Of a DNA stretch of 64,000 nucleotides, positions 12,969 through 25,082 are shown one piece after another (the stretch's first letter is position 1; each line of letters opens with the position of its first letter). The stretch is from Octopus vulgaris (Eukaryota), in contig OX597823.1 of NCBI GenBank assembly GCA_951406725.2, forward strand, positions 14,570,001-14,634,000, written 5' to 3'. The notes below the pieces were generated by a model. The model worked only from the letters and a program-made list of their open reading frames with translations. It had not been told where the DNA came from and did no database searches. A program made the translations under genes and the position numbers.

Positions 12969-12969
<1 letters not shown>
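11867..12969 (-). mobile_element. Non-autonomous Helitron
   Basis: Minus strand starts A|TCTTTATATATA followed by (TG)/(TCTG)n and ends with hairpin GACCCGGCAACGACGGGTC then CTAG|T; no TSD. Confidence 0.85.
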
Positions 12970-13050
<81 letters not shown>

Positions 13051-13079
13051 GTATGTATATATATATATATATATATATA

Positions 13080-13521
13080 TAACTACAAAGTGAGATTGGG
13101 GTTGTGAGTGTAACCCGCTATGGGATAACATTTATGCAATATACTGCCAGTAAAGTACCCAGAAATGCTAAGAATTGCAATGCAATTAATTCATTTATTG
13201 TATTATATGGGCGAAGGTAAAATGCTTTACCTCAAATTCATAATACAAAATAAGAAAATGGAGGAATAGATTTTAATCAATCATCAACTACTAGATAATA
13301 CCAATTCATATAATTTATTAACTAATTATATAGGAACATCCAGATCAAACAGAATAATGCAGAATAAAACAGTACACATCAATGAGTAAGATAATACCAT
13401 AAGAACAATACATATAAATATAAAATGGATCTTACAGCTGTTTCAGCCTGTAGATAAGAGTATCTCATTATGCTCATATTAGTCAGATGTATTAAGGTAA
13501 TATGCAGTTATAAATGAGTTA

Positions 13522-13565
<44 letters not shown>

Positions 13566-13870
13566 AAGGCCTCTTCAGAGATTATAAAGTACAGTTACAG
13601 AGGTATAAAATGAAGGTATAAAGTGCAAATATGAATATTAGAGAAGGTACACATATACAAGAATAAGTACATATACACATATACACATACATATAAGTGT
13701 ATATACACCTGCATATACATATATATAAGTATATACATAATAATATACACACACATAAGGTTACGGTTAGTTAAATCGATATATTAGAATATACATACAT
13801 ACACACATCCACATGAAAGTGTACATATACAAAGTCCAAAGTTCATTGCATTACGTTACAAAGGACTATT
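13080..13870 (-). mobile_element. PLE-type terminal repeat fragment
   Basis: Carries a hammerhead motif at 13429-13582; 13243-13343 is inverted at ~14761-14862. Confidence 0.6.
13429..13582 (-). ncRNA. Type-I hammerhead ribozyme motif with canonical core and long stem-II loop
   Basis: Minus strand ATCT-CTGAAGA-GGCCT-(loop incl. (TA)n)-AGGCT-GAAAC-AGCT-GTA-AGAT: stems I, II and palindromic stem III present, GUA cleavage triplet. Confidence 0.72.
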
Positions 13871-13890
13871 AATATTATTTTATTATTATT

Positions 13891-13978
<88 letters not shown>

Positions 13979-13979
<1 letters not shown>

Positions 13980-14687
13980 ACGATAGAGCTGCACAATATA
14001 TTCACTGGGTAATCTGTAAAAACCTGGATTTGCCCCATGAAAAAAAACTGGTGGGAACACAAACCACCCCCAGTGCTTGAAAATGACCACATCTCACTCC
14101 TCTGGAACTTCACCATTCAAACTGACAGGAAGATAGATGCAAATAGGCCAGACATCATATTGAAAGACTTCAAACAAAGAACATGCCTCCTCATTGATAT
14201 GACTGTCCCAATCGATATAAACGTATCTGTCAAGACCTACCAAAAACTGAGCAAATATAAAGATCTTGAAATAGAAATCAGCAAAATGTGGAAGCTGAAG
14301 ACTAAAACAATACCTGTTGTCATAGGTGCCATGGGAATGATAGCAAAAGGGGCTGATAGCTACCTAACTCAGATACCAGGAAACCCCAAAATGGCAGAAG
14401 TTCAAAAGATAGTGCTCATGGGAACTGCTCATATCCTACGCAAAATACTCTCTATGTAATCTCAAGGTTTAAAACAAACATAATTTTCGGTTTAAAAAAA
14501 AGGGAGAAAGGAAAAAAAAAAAAACTTTTTTTTTTTTTTAGACATTCATTAGTACAACATCCCCACCCTCAAATATATGGCACACTAGGCATAACAACAA
14601 CATGAACTTCCAACCCTGTTGTCTCTTGAGGTCTCTGGGTGAGACTTGGAGCCAACTTGTACAAATATAAAGCAAAAGTCAAACATA

Positions 14688-14688
<1 letters not shown>
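13979..14688 (+). mobile_element. 5'-truncated R4/Dong-type non-LTR retrotransposon (restriction-like endonuclease + 3' UTR) in (TAA)n
   Basis: Starts HDRAAQYIHWVIC; after a +1 frameshift in the A run at ~14040 reads ..LLWNFTIQTDRKIDANRPDII..LLIDMTVP..KLSKYKDL..PVVIGAMG (PD..D..K RLE motif); (TAA)n on both sides. Confidence 0.88.
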
Positions 14689-14732
<44 letters not shown>

Positions 14733-14857
14733 CAGTAAAAGAATATGTGCATTCCGCTATTCTGGATGTTCCTATATAATTAGTTAATAAATTATATGAA
14801 TTGATATTATCTAGTAGTTGATGATTGATTAAAATCTATTCCTCCATTTTCTTATTT

Positions 14858-14908
<51 letters not shown>

Positions 14909-14911
<3 letters not shown>

Positions 14912-15073
14912 ACGAGTTTCTTTCAGCTTCCGTCTACCAAATCCACTCACAAGGTTTTGGTCGGCCTGAGGCTATAGTAGAAGACACTTGCCCAAGGTGC
15001 CACGCAGTGGGACTGAACCCGGAACCATGTGGTTGGTAAGCAAGCTACTTACCACACAGACACTCCTCCACCT
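14909..15073 (-). mobile_element. Head half of tRNA-derived SINE family X
   Basis: TGTGGTAAGTAGCTTGC..GGTTCCGGGTTCAGTCCC..CACCTTGGGCAAGTGTCTT; further copies at 26625, 43203, 54505 and 61097. Confidence 0.85.
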
Positions 15074-15259
15074 ACCGATAATAACGAAAACAATATTTAG
15101 CAAACAGACTACCAAGAGTAGTAACAGCTATGTGTTCGCTGGATATGCTAAAAGTAACAACAAAATCTCCCGCAAGTCTTATTCTATAATAATGAAAATG
15201 GAAAGGACACAAAAGAAAATTTAGACCCAGACATTATCTAAAGAAAAAATAAAGAATGA

Positions 15260-15475
15260 TCTTTTCTACTCTAGGCACAAGGCTCGAAATTTTGAGGGAG
15301 CGGGCCAGTCGATTAGATCGACTCCAGTACGCAACTGATACTGAATTTATCGACCCCGAAAGGATGAAAGGCAAAGTCGACCTCGGTGGAATTTGAACTC
15401 AGAACGTAGCGGCAGACGAAATACTGCTAAGCATTCCGCCCGGCCTGCTAACGTTTCTGCCAGCTCGCCGCCTTA
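15260..15475 (-). mobile_element. Monomeric full-length family-N SINE
   Basis: Head AAGGCGGCGAGCTGGCAGAAACGTTAGC, core, and tail CCTTGTGCCTAGAGTAGAAAAGA. Confidence 0.85.
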
Positions 15476-15554
15476 GAATAATAGAATAATGATTAAATTC
15501 CAGTTGGCATATTTTCTAGTCATAGAAAATCCGTGTCTGCCGATTCTCTAAACA

Positions 15555-15703
15555 TCATGATGATGAGGATGACTATGATGATGACAGTGGTGATGATGAT
15601 GATGATGATGATGATGCTGATGCTGATGATGATGACGACGACGATGACGATGATGACGACGACGATGATGATGATGGTGATGGTGATGATGGTGATGATG
15701 CTG

Positions 15704-15734
<31 letters not shown>

Positions 15735-16365
15735 TGATTATGGTGATGATGATGATGATTATGGTGATGATGATGATGATGATGATGATGATAGTGATTA
15801 TGGTGATGATGATGATGACAATGATGACGATGATGACGACGATGATGATTAGAAGAAAGAAAGAAAGAAAGAAAGGAAAAAAGAAAGGAGGAAAGGAGGA
15901 AAGGAAGAAAGGAAGGAAGAAAGAAAAAAAGAAAGGAAGGAAGAAATAAATAAATAAATAAATAAAGAAAGAAAGAAAGAAAGAAAGGAAGAAAGAAAAT
16001 ACGCCGACAGGAATATTTTTAATATAGGTCTCTTCAATAAAGATTGACCAAAGGCTAACAACATCTGCATCAGTAGGAAGAACATCACCACCACCACCAT
16101 CACCACAGCCACCACCACCACCACAACTACAACCACTGCAGCCACCACCATCAACATCACCACTACCACCACAACCATCACAACGACCACCATCACCATC
16201 ACCAACCAGAGCCACCACCACTGCCACAACAATCACTACCACCACAACTACAACCGCCACAACTACAACCACTGGAACCACCACCACCACCACCACCACC
16301 ACCGTCATCAACATCATCACCACCGTCACCATCACCACCGCCACCATCACCACCGCCGCCACCAC
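15555..16365. repeat. (GAT)n, (GAAA)n and (CAC)n simple-repeat tract
   Basis: Direct reading; accounts for the poly-M, poly-V and poly-I ORFs. Confidence 0.93.
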
Positions 16366-16587
16366 CAGCAAGCTTATGCACGCAGCACGCATTAATAAGT
16401 TGAACCGCAAGGCACGTGTTGCTGTCTGTGGACAGGTGCATCATGGGAACGGAGAAAATGCCGCGCATGCCTTGTGCTCAGATGAGAGGAGACGCTGACT
16501 GTGTTTTAGACACGTTCGGCGTGCTTTTGAATGTTTTTACGACTGGCGGTGTTAGTGGACGGTGCGGTGCGGTGCGGTGTCGTGTGC

Positions 16588-16635
<48 letters not shown>

Positions 16636-17184
16636 TGCTTGGTGTTTGGTGTGTGTGTGTGTGCTCTGATCTAAGGTGAAGTGTTGGCGTGTCGGCGTGT
16701 CGGCGTGTTGGCGTCCTTAAGACGAGTTCGAATGGAGCCCATCAACCTCCATTCCTTTATTCCGTTCAAACAATCAAACGGTATTATTCAGACATGATAA
16801 TTGAGATCGAAAACTACATTCCACCCCCCCCCCCCTAAGAAAAAGAAAAAAAAAAAAGAAAAAAACTAAAAAAAAAAAAAATAATAACAACAACAATAAC
16901 AAAAATATAGAATAATACAAATCTATCTATGTATACATAAACACAACACATATGCAAGCCTACATAAATCTAATTTTAAATCCCTGTCTCTTTTTTCTTG
17001 CGTGTATATATATATATATATATTTGTGTGTGTGTGCGTGTGTGTATGTATACATTCATATATTGGTATGTCTATATATTAATATATTGGATACATATAT
17101 TTTTTGTGCACATACACACATACACATACACACACACACAACCAAAGCGCTCACACATGCACATAAAAAAATATATATACGTAG

Positions 17185-17636
<452 letters not shown>

Positions 17637-17639
<3 letters not shown>

Positions 17640-20600
17640 AAGGACCACTCACCCATTACCAACTTCCCTTACCTCGACATTCCTGTTAAATGTACGTGGC
17701 ATCAACCCATCAATTATTGCCCAAAAATGGAAGATCCCATATATAGAGAGTTGGCTTGCCGAAATGGCACATTGCTTCCCTTTCTTTATCCTTACCGAGA
17801 CTCACCTGAACAACACCCATATGGACGCAGAAGTGAAAATAAAAGATTTCACCATTGTTCGTGCGGATCGCACAGACCGAAATAAGGGAGGGACAGCCAT
17901 CTTTATCCATGACTCCTTTTCACTTGATGCCAAGGACACATTTTCCAATGGCTACTGTGAATCGGTATCAGTATACAACAAAGCCAAGGACATAACCATT
18001 GTTGGTCTTTATAGGCCTCCCCAGGCACCTCTAAAGTACTTTGAAGAGTGCCTTAGCAAAGTCAAGTCCTTCCTTCGGAAGTACCACTCCGGAAACATAA
18101 TAGTGATGGGTGATTTTAACCTCTCTCATGTGAACTGGCCCACAAATACTCCGAAGTTGGGCAAGTGCTCTACATCAGATAGGGCAGCAGCAGAACTGCT
18201 CTTTAATCTGATGGATGAGTATTTCCTGACTCAGCTAGTGCTTGAACCAACGAGACAGAATAAAACGATCTTGGATCTGGTACTGACCAATCACTCTAGC
18301 TACGTTCACAGCATTTCAGTCGAAAAAACTCTCCTCTCAGACCACGACATGGTACTCTGCAATCTTAATTCCCGACGTATAAAAACCAAACCAGCCAATC
18401 CCACTCCATGGCACCCATTTGACAACATAAATTTCCACAAAGCGGACTGGGGAACAATCAGAAAGGATCTGTCTTCCATCGACTGGTCTTTTACTCTCAA
18501 TTCCCCTCATATTGAGACCGCGTGGCAGCACTTTGAAACCATTGTTACCGACACATGCTCTAAACACGCTCCCAAGAAATCTACTAACACAAACAGAAAC
18601 CGGCTCCCTAAAAAGAAAAAAACACTCATCAGGCGCATCAAAAGACTCAACAAAAAAATCAACCAATTAAAATATTCCCACACGCAACATCCACATTCAA
18701 CAACAATGAAAAGACTAGAGCTGGAAAAACTTCATCTGCAGACTAACATGAAAACCTCCATTGAAAATCAAAGAGCTGTGGAGGAACAATGGGTAATCAA
18801 AAACATCAAACAGAACCCAAAAGTGTTCTATTCTTATGCAAATAAGCATAGAACCACTGTCTCACCTATTGGGCCATTGATTGATGAAAACGGCATTCCC
18901 CAACACGATGCTAAAGAAATGGCAGAAATACTGCAGAAACAATATTGCTCTGTCTTCAGTGTTCCCACTGATATTGATGTGAGGGAAACGAACGAAGCTG
19001 ACTCCCAACACAAAATCGCAGACATAACCTTCACTGCCACCGACATCGTAGCAGCAATAAATGAGGTCAAACATTACTCCGCTGTAGGCCCTGATAGATT
19101 TCCCGCCAGTCTCCTGAAGGAATGTAGATATCAACTTGCAGTCCCTCTGACCAACCTCTGGAGAAACTCGTTAGACGCAGGTTATATACCGAAAAAGTTT
19201 CTATCCCAGTCGGTCATCCCGGTTTTCAAACAGGGAAACAGATCCCTCGCAGTCAACTATCGCCCAATCTCACTCACCTCCCACATCATTAAAGTGTTTG
19301 AAAGAGTGTTAAGATCAAGGATAGCTGACTTCCTGGAGACCCACAAACTCCTAAATTCAAATCAATATGGCTTTCGCTGTGGCAGGGACTGTCTAACACA
19401 GCTCTTACACCACATTGAAGATGTACTCAAAGCCTTGGGAACAGGTTCGAACTCTGACGTCATATACCTTGACTTCAGTAAAGCGTTCGACAGGGTAGAC
19501 CATAACATCCTACTCTCAAAATTGGCAAATTTTGGAATCCGTGGAAAAGTTCTACACTGGATTCAGTATTTCCTAGCGAATAGAACACAACATGTTGTAG
19601 TTGATGGAGTCCACTCAAACCCAGCAAAAGTCACCAGCGGTGTTCCCCAGGGAACTGTTTTGGGTCCGCTACTCTTCATAATTTATGTAAACGACCTTTC
19701 CAGTGTCGTACATCACTGCAAAGTGAAAATATTCGCTGATGACACTAAGCTCCAGCAAATCGTCAATGAAGAAGCAGACCGAACTCAACTCCAGTCTGAC
19801 CTATATGCTGTGAGTCAATGGGCAGACAGAAACAAAATGCAACTGAATGAGGGAAAATTTGAGCTGATGCATTTTGGAAGAAATTCCTCACTAAAACAAC
19901 CATACTCTCTTCCTTCAGGGGAACCGCTCACAGCCTCTAACAATATCAGAGACCTGGGTGAAATTGTTGATGACGATCTCAGTTGGAGCGCACACATCAA
20001 CAAGAAGGTCGATACAGCTCGTAGGATGAGTTCCTGGATCTTAAGAACTTTCCGGTCCAGAGAACAAGGTGTCATCATACCACTTTTTTCATCCTTTGTA
20101 CGGCCACACCTTGAATACTGCTGCCCACTGTGGTCTCCTCACACAAGACAAAACATCTCCAGAATTGAGTCACCCCAGAGGGCTCTCACTAAACAAATTG
20201 AAGGCATGGCTGCTCTCGACTATTGGGATCGCCTTAAAGCCTTGAAACTTTACTCCCTCCAGCGTCGCCGTGAGCGGTACATCATTTGTACGATGTGGAA
20301 AATATACCGCCAACTTTGCCCAAACGACCTAAACATTAGCTTCAAGGTTCATCCGAGACTTGGACCACGGGCTATACGTCCCCTGCCAAATTCAAGATCA
20401 CAACATACATGTACACTGCAACATAATTTCTTTTCCTCAACAGGCCCTGCCCTATTTAACATTGTCCCGAGGGAGATCAAAGAGGAAAAGGATCCCATCA
20501 ACTTCAAACAGAGTCTGGATAGATTCCTTCAAAGAATACCAGACAAGCCACCCATAATTGGATACAACTCACCCAACAAGAACTCACTACTTGAACAAAA

Positions 20601-20749
20601 CTGGATACAACTCACCCAACAAGAACTCACTACTTGAACAAAACTTGACTTAAACAGGATTCGAATAATCCTATCAGGTGGTGCTATTAAGTTAGACATG
20701 GCCTGGACCAATCTCTGGTCGAAACATATCTAAGTTTTATCTAAGTTTT
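17637..20749 (+). mobile_element. CR1-clade LINE, 5'-truncated just upstream of ORF2
   Basis: EN+RT ORF, short 3' UTR with hairpin GACCA-ATCTC-TGGTC and tail (ATCTAAGTTTT)x2; abuts (TA)n. Confidence 0.92.
17638..20637 (+). CDS. LINE ORF2: APE endonuclease + reverse transcriptase (CR1-like), uninterrupted
   Basis: APE motifs NVRG, LTETHL, GGTAIF, YRPP, MGDFN, LDLVL, SDHD; RT motifs [42 protein letters not shown]; CR1-type [13 protein letters not shown] and [10 protein letters not shown]. True start codon uncertain. Confidence 0.95.
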
Positions 20750-21010
20750 ATACACATATATATTAATCCACGCACGTGTTCACACATGCACACACATTTA
20801 AGATTTCTATGTTTGCTTTAACATAAAATTATAAAAGCAATCTAACGTTAAACTTCGGAATTATTCAATACTTTTTTATAAAGTTTACACACAGGCACGC
20901 CACGTACATGTATGTATACACCTGTTTATAAAAAAATCTCCTTTGTCTTCTCCTTTATGTATGTATGTAAGCATGTATCTGTGTGTGTGTATGTATATAT
21001 ATATATATAT

Positions 21011-21723
21011 ATCACTTTGATCACTTTGACCGACCAGTCCGTCAGGCGTCCATTTGACACCGCTGGTCACAGCACGCTGTCCACTCCTCTCTGGATCGCG
21101 CCTTTCTCATCCACGTGATCCCGATCGTCCTCCTGAAATCATAACTCCACCGTCGTGGAGGTCTTCCGGGTGGTCTTTTCCGATCACGCGGGTACCACTC
21201 GACAACTGCCTGCGTCCACCGATTATCGGTGAGCCGGGTGACGTGTCCAGCCCATCTATACTTGCTGCCTGTATACTCTGCGATGACATCTCTCACGCCG
21301 GACTTCTTTCTGGTGATCTTGCTACTTATGTGCTCTCTCAACGAGATACCAAGCATTGACCTTTTCATGGCTCTTTGAGCCGTTACCAGTCTTTGCTCTT
21401 CTCTCTTTGTGGTAGCCCATGTTTCACTACCATATAACATTGCAGGCAGAACTGCACTGTTAATGAGGTTGGCGCGGGTGGTCCTGTCCAACCTTCCCTT
21501 GAGCACATCCCTTATGCCATTGAACGCCTTCCATCCGGCCCTTACTCTCCGTGAGATCTCCTTTTTGATATCCCGGCACATATTTACTTCCTGTCCCAGG
21601 TAGACAAATCCTCTCACCTCCTCTATTTCATCACTGCCGATCACCATTCGACCTGATGGTACATTGTCTGACCGCATGAACTTTGTTTTCATGCGGTTCA
21701 TCTTGAGACCTACTGCAGAACTT
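21011..21723 (-). mobile_element. 5'-truncated RTE-clade LINE (C-terminus of ORF + 3' tail)
   Basis: ORF 21042-21701: FVYLG, AGWKAF, VLPAMLYGSETW, WAGHV.R, RPPGRPPRRW; tail (CAAAGTGAT)x2; (TA)n on both sides. Confidence 0.9.
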
Positions 21724-21740
21724 TATATATATATATATAT

Positions 21741-23560
21741 TACCGAAACGGTAATTATTTCTACGCCAGCTATGTTGTTGTTGTTTTTGTCTCATTTGGT
21801 CTAAAGTCGTATGACAACCACCGTTATATATATTTTGTTTATTCATTACTGTTTTCAATTTCGTTTTCGTCTCTTGTATTTACATCCGTCTTGTGCGTTC
21901 ACATTCCTGTCTTCTACCAAGAAATCTAATGCTTACAGCTTAGTTTTTTTTCTTGGGGCTGGCCGAGTTGGAGCAAATATCAGAATTGAACAGCCGAAAT
22001 TTGCTATGATGATTCGGTGTCTGACTGAAGATTGAAGGCTTCGAATGATTTGTCTGTGTTCCGTGTTCGTCCCTTCCTGTATTTCACGTTCATTATATAT
22101 AAAAACATTCATTCTTATATTATTGCGGCGTTACGTGCACCCCCCCCCCCCCCCGTTTGTTTGTCCAATTTTAAACCCTGCACGACTTCTATACACACTG
22201 TCTTTCCTACCCGCCATTGCTTCTTCACCAAACTTTTTGGCGCCCTCCGATTCTTCCCCTCTCTTCCTCCCATCCTCCTCCCCTCTTCCTCCCATCCTCC
22301 TTAATCCCTTCTTTCTCCTTTTCTCTTGGTCACTGATTCTGTCCCCTGCCTTCCACCCTCTTTGATTCCCTCTCTCTCTGTCTCTCTTTCTCTCTCTCTC
22401 CTGCAACCTGCTGCTTCTTAAACCATTCTGTTGGCCATCGCATCTCGACCAACATGTGTCCCCGCTACCGAAACGGTAATTATTTCTACGCCAGCTATGT
22501 TGTTGTTGTTTTTGTCTCATTTGGTCTAAAGTCGTATGACAACCACCGTTATATATATTTTGTTTATTCATTACTGTTTTCAATTTCGTTTTCGTCTCTT
22601 GTATTTACATCCGTCTTGTGCGTTCACATTCCTGTCTTCTACCAAGAAATCTAATGCTTACAGCTTAGTTTTTTTTCTTGGGGCTGGCCGAGTTGGAGCA
22701 AATATCAGAATTGAACAGCCGAAATTTGCTATGATGATTCGGTGTCTGACTGAAGATTGAAGGCTTCGAATGATTTGTCTGTGTTCCGTGTTCGTCCCTT
22801 CCTGTATTTCACGTTCATTATATATAAAAACGTTCATTCTTATATTATTGCGGCGTTACGTGCACCCCCCACCCCCCGTTTGTTTGTCCAATTTTAAACC
22901 CTGCACGACTTCTATACACACTGTCTTTCCTACCCGCCATTGCTTCTTCACCAAACTTTTTGGCGCCCTCCGATTCTTCCCCTCTCTTCCTCCCATCCTC
23001 CTCCCCTCTTCCTCCCATCCTCCTTAATCCCTTCTTTCTCCTTTTCTCTTGGTCACTGATTCTGTCCCCTGCCTTCCACCCTCTTTGATTCCCTCTCTCT
23101 CTGTCTCTCTTTCTCTCTCTCTCCTGCAACCTGCTGCTTCTTAAACCATTCTGTTGGCCATCGCATCTCGACCAACATGTGTCCCCGCTACCGAAACGGT
23201 AATTATTTCTACGCCAGCTATGTTGTTGTTGTTTTTGTCTCATTTGGTCTAAAGTCGTATGACAACCACCGTTATATATATTTTGTTTATTCATTACTGT
23301 TTTCAATTTCGTTTTCGTCTCTTGTATTTACATCCGTCTTGTGCGTTCACATTCCTGTCTTCTACCAAGAAATCTAATGCTTACAGCTTAGTTTTTTTTT
23401 TGGGGCTGGCCGAGTTGGAGCAAATATCAGAATTGAACAGCCGAAATTTGCTATGAAGATTCGGTGTCTGACTGAAGATTGAAGGCTTCGAATGATTTGT
23501 CTGTGTTCCGTGTTCGTCCCTTCCTGTATTTCACGTTCATTATATATAAAAACATTCATT
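21741..23560. repeat. ~724-bp tandem repeat, 2.5 near-identical copies
   Basis: TACCGAAACGGTAATT at 21741, 22466 and 23189; diverged relatives at 23685-23790 (inverted), 24710-25030 and 43900-44220. Confidence 0.93.
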
Positions 23561-23789
23561 TATATATATATGTATATATACATATATATGTATATATACA
23601 TATACATGTATATATATGTGTGTGTGTCTGTTTGTCCCCCAACATCGCTTGACAACCGATGCTGATGTGTTTACGTCCCCGTAAAACATTTAGAAGACGA
23701 TACAAAAAACTCGGACGGGACATTTGAAGCCCTCAATCTTCAGTCAAGAACCGGATCATCCTCCCAACTTCGGCTTATTAATCTTGTAT

Positions 23790-23836
<47 letters not shown>

Positions 23837-23984
23837 TAAGTAGTTGAATGAATTATCCTAGTATGGATAATTTGGTTAACCGATACCCGGGTAGCAAATT
23901 TACGTCAGAAAGCACGGTTGAAGCTACATGCCAAGGGCTGAAATCACGTGCTTTCGTGTGGAAATTTGTGGTTTTTTTTTTACT

Positions 23985-24570
23985 ATAGATAAATGAAAGA
24001 ATGGAGTCGAACGACGATTTAACAAAATTCCTTTATTCTCGACATATGTTTTGATGACTGCATATTCTCAATTCCGAAGGAATAAAGGCTGCATTATGCC
24101 GTCTTCTCATCAGGAAAGACAAGAAACTTATGTCAGCATCATGACGAACAAAAACTTTTAGATGACTGCCCACACGGAGTCCATAGTAATAATGAGTGTT
24201 TCTTTAAAATATTCCGTTATAAGCAGTGACGTCAAAATTGGTTGGATGGATAAGATTCTAAAAAGTTCAAGAACTTTTGAACTCTTGAACTTTTTAGAAT
24301 CTTATCCATCCAACCAATTTTGACGTCACTGCTTGTAACGGAATATTTTAAAGAAACACTCATTATCACTATAGACTCCGTGTGGGCAGTCATCTAAAAG
24401 TTTTTGTTCGTCATGATGCTGACATAAGTTCCTTGTCTTTCCTGATGAGAAGACGGCATAATGCAGCCTTTATTCCTTCGGAATTGAGAATATGCAGTCA
24501 TCGAAACATGTGTCGAGAATAAAGGAATTTTGTTAAATCGTCGTTCGACTCCATTGTTTCATTTATCTAT
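23985..24570. repeat. Fold-back inverted repeat (~288-bp arms, 10-bp spacer) of a PLE-type terminal repeat
   Basis: 23985-24272 is the near-perfect reverse complement of 24283-24570. Confidence 0.95.
24437..24519 (+). ncRNA. Type-I hammerhead ribozyme motif with canonical core and GUC site
   Basis: TTTC-CTGATGA-GAAGACGGCATA...TATGCAGTCATC-GAAAC-ATGT-GTC-GAGA, followed by AATAAA; the mirror copy at 24036-24118 has GAAAC>AAAAC. Confidence 0.78.
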
Positions 24571-24573
24571 CTC

Positions 24574-24641
<68 letters not shown>

Positions 24642-24659
24642 CATACATACATACATACA

Positions 24660-24693
<34 letters not shown>

Positions 24694-25038
24694 CGTACAT
24701 ATATATATTTGTCTAAAGTCCTGCTGTTGTTCCTGTTATTACCATTCTTGTTTTTATTTTTGTTTTTTTTTTTGTATTTATATTCGTGTGGAATCGTCCG
24801 TTTTTCTGTCCTTGTTTCGTATACACTCGATCCTTTTTCCAAGAAATCTAATGCTCGCAACTTAGTTTTTCATTGGGGCTGGCCGTTTCGGAGCAATATC
24901 AGGATTAATCAGCCGAAATTTGCTATGATGATCCGGTTCCTGACTGAAGATTAAAGGCGTCGAATGACCTGTCCGTTTTTTGTGTTCGTCTCTTTGTGTA
25001 TTTCACGTTCTTGTCCCTTTTTATATATAATTTTTATA

Positions 25039-25080
<42 letters not shown>

Positions 25081-25082
<2 letters not shown>

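Noticed and set aside
15520-16410. 296-aa hydrophobic ORF resembling a signal-peptide membrane protein
   Set aside because: Built from (GAT)n, (GAAA)n and (CAC)n microsatellites.
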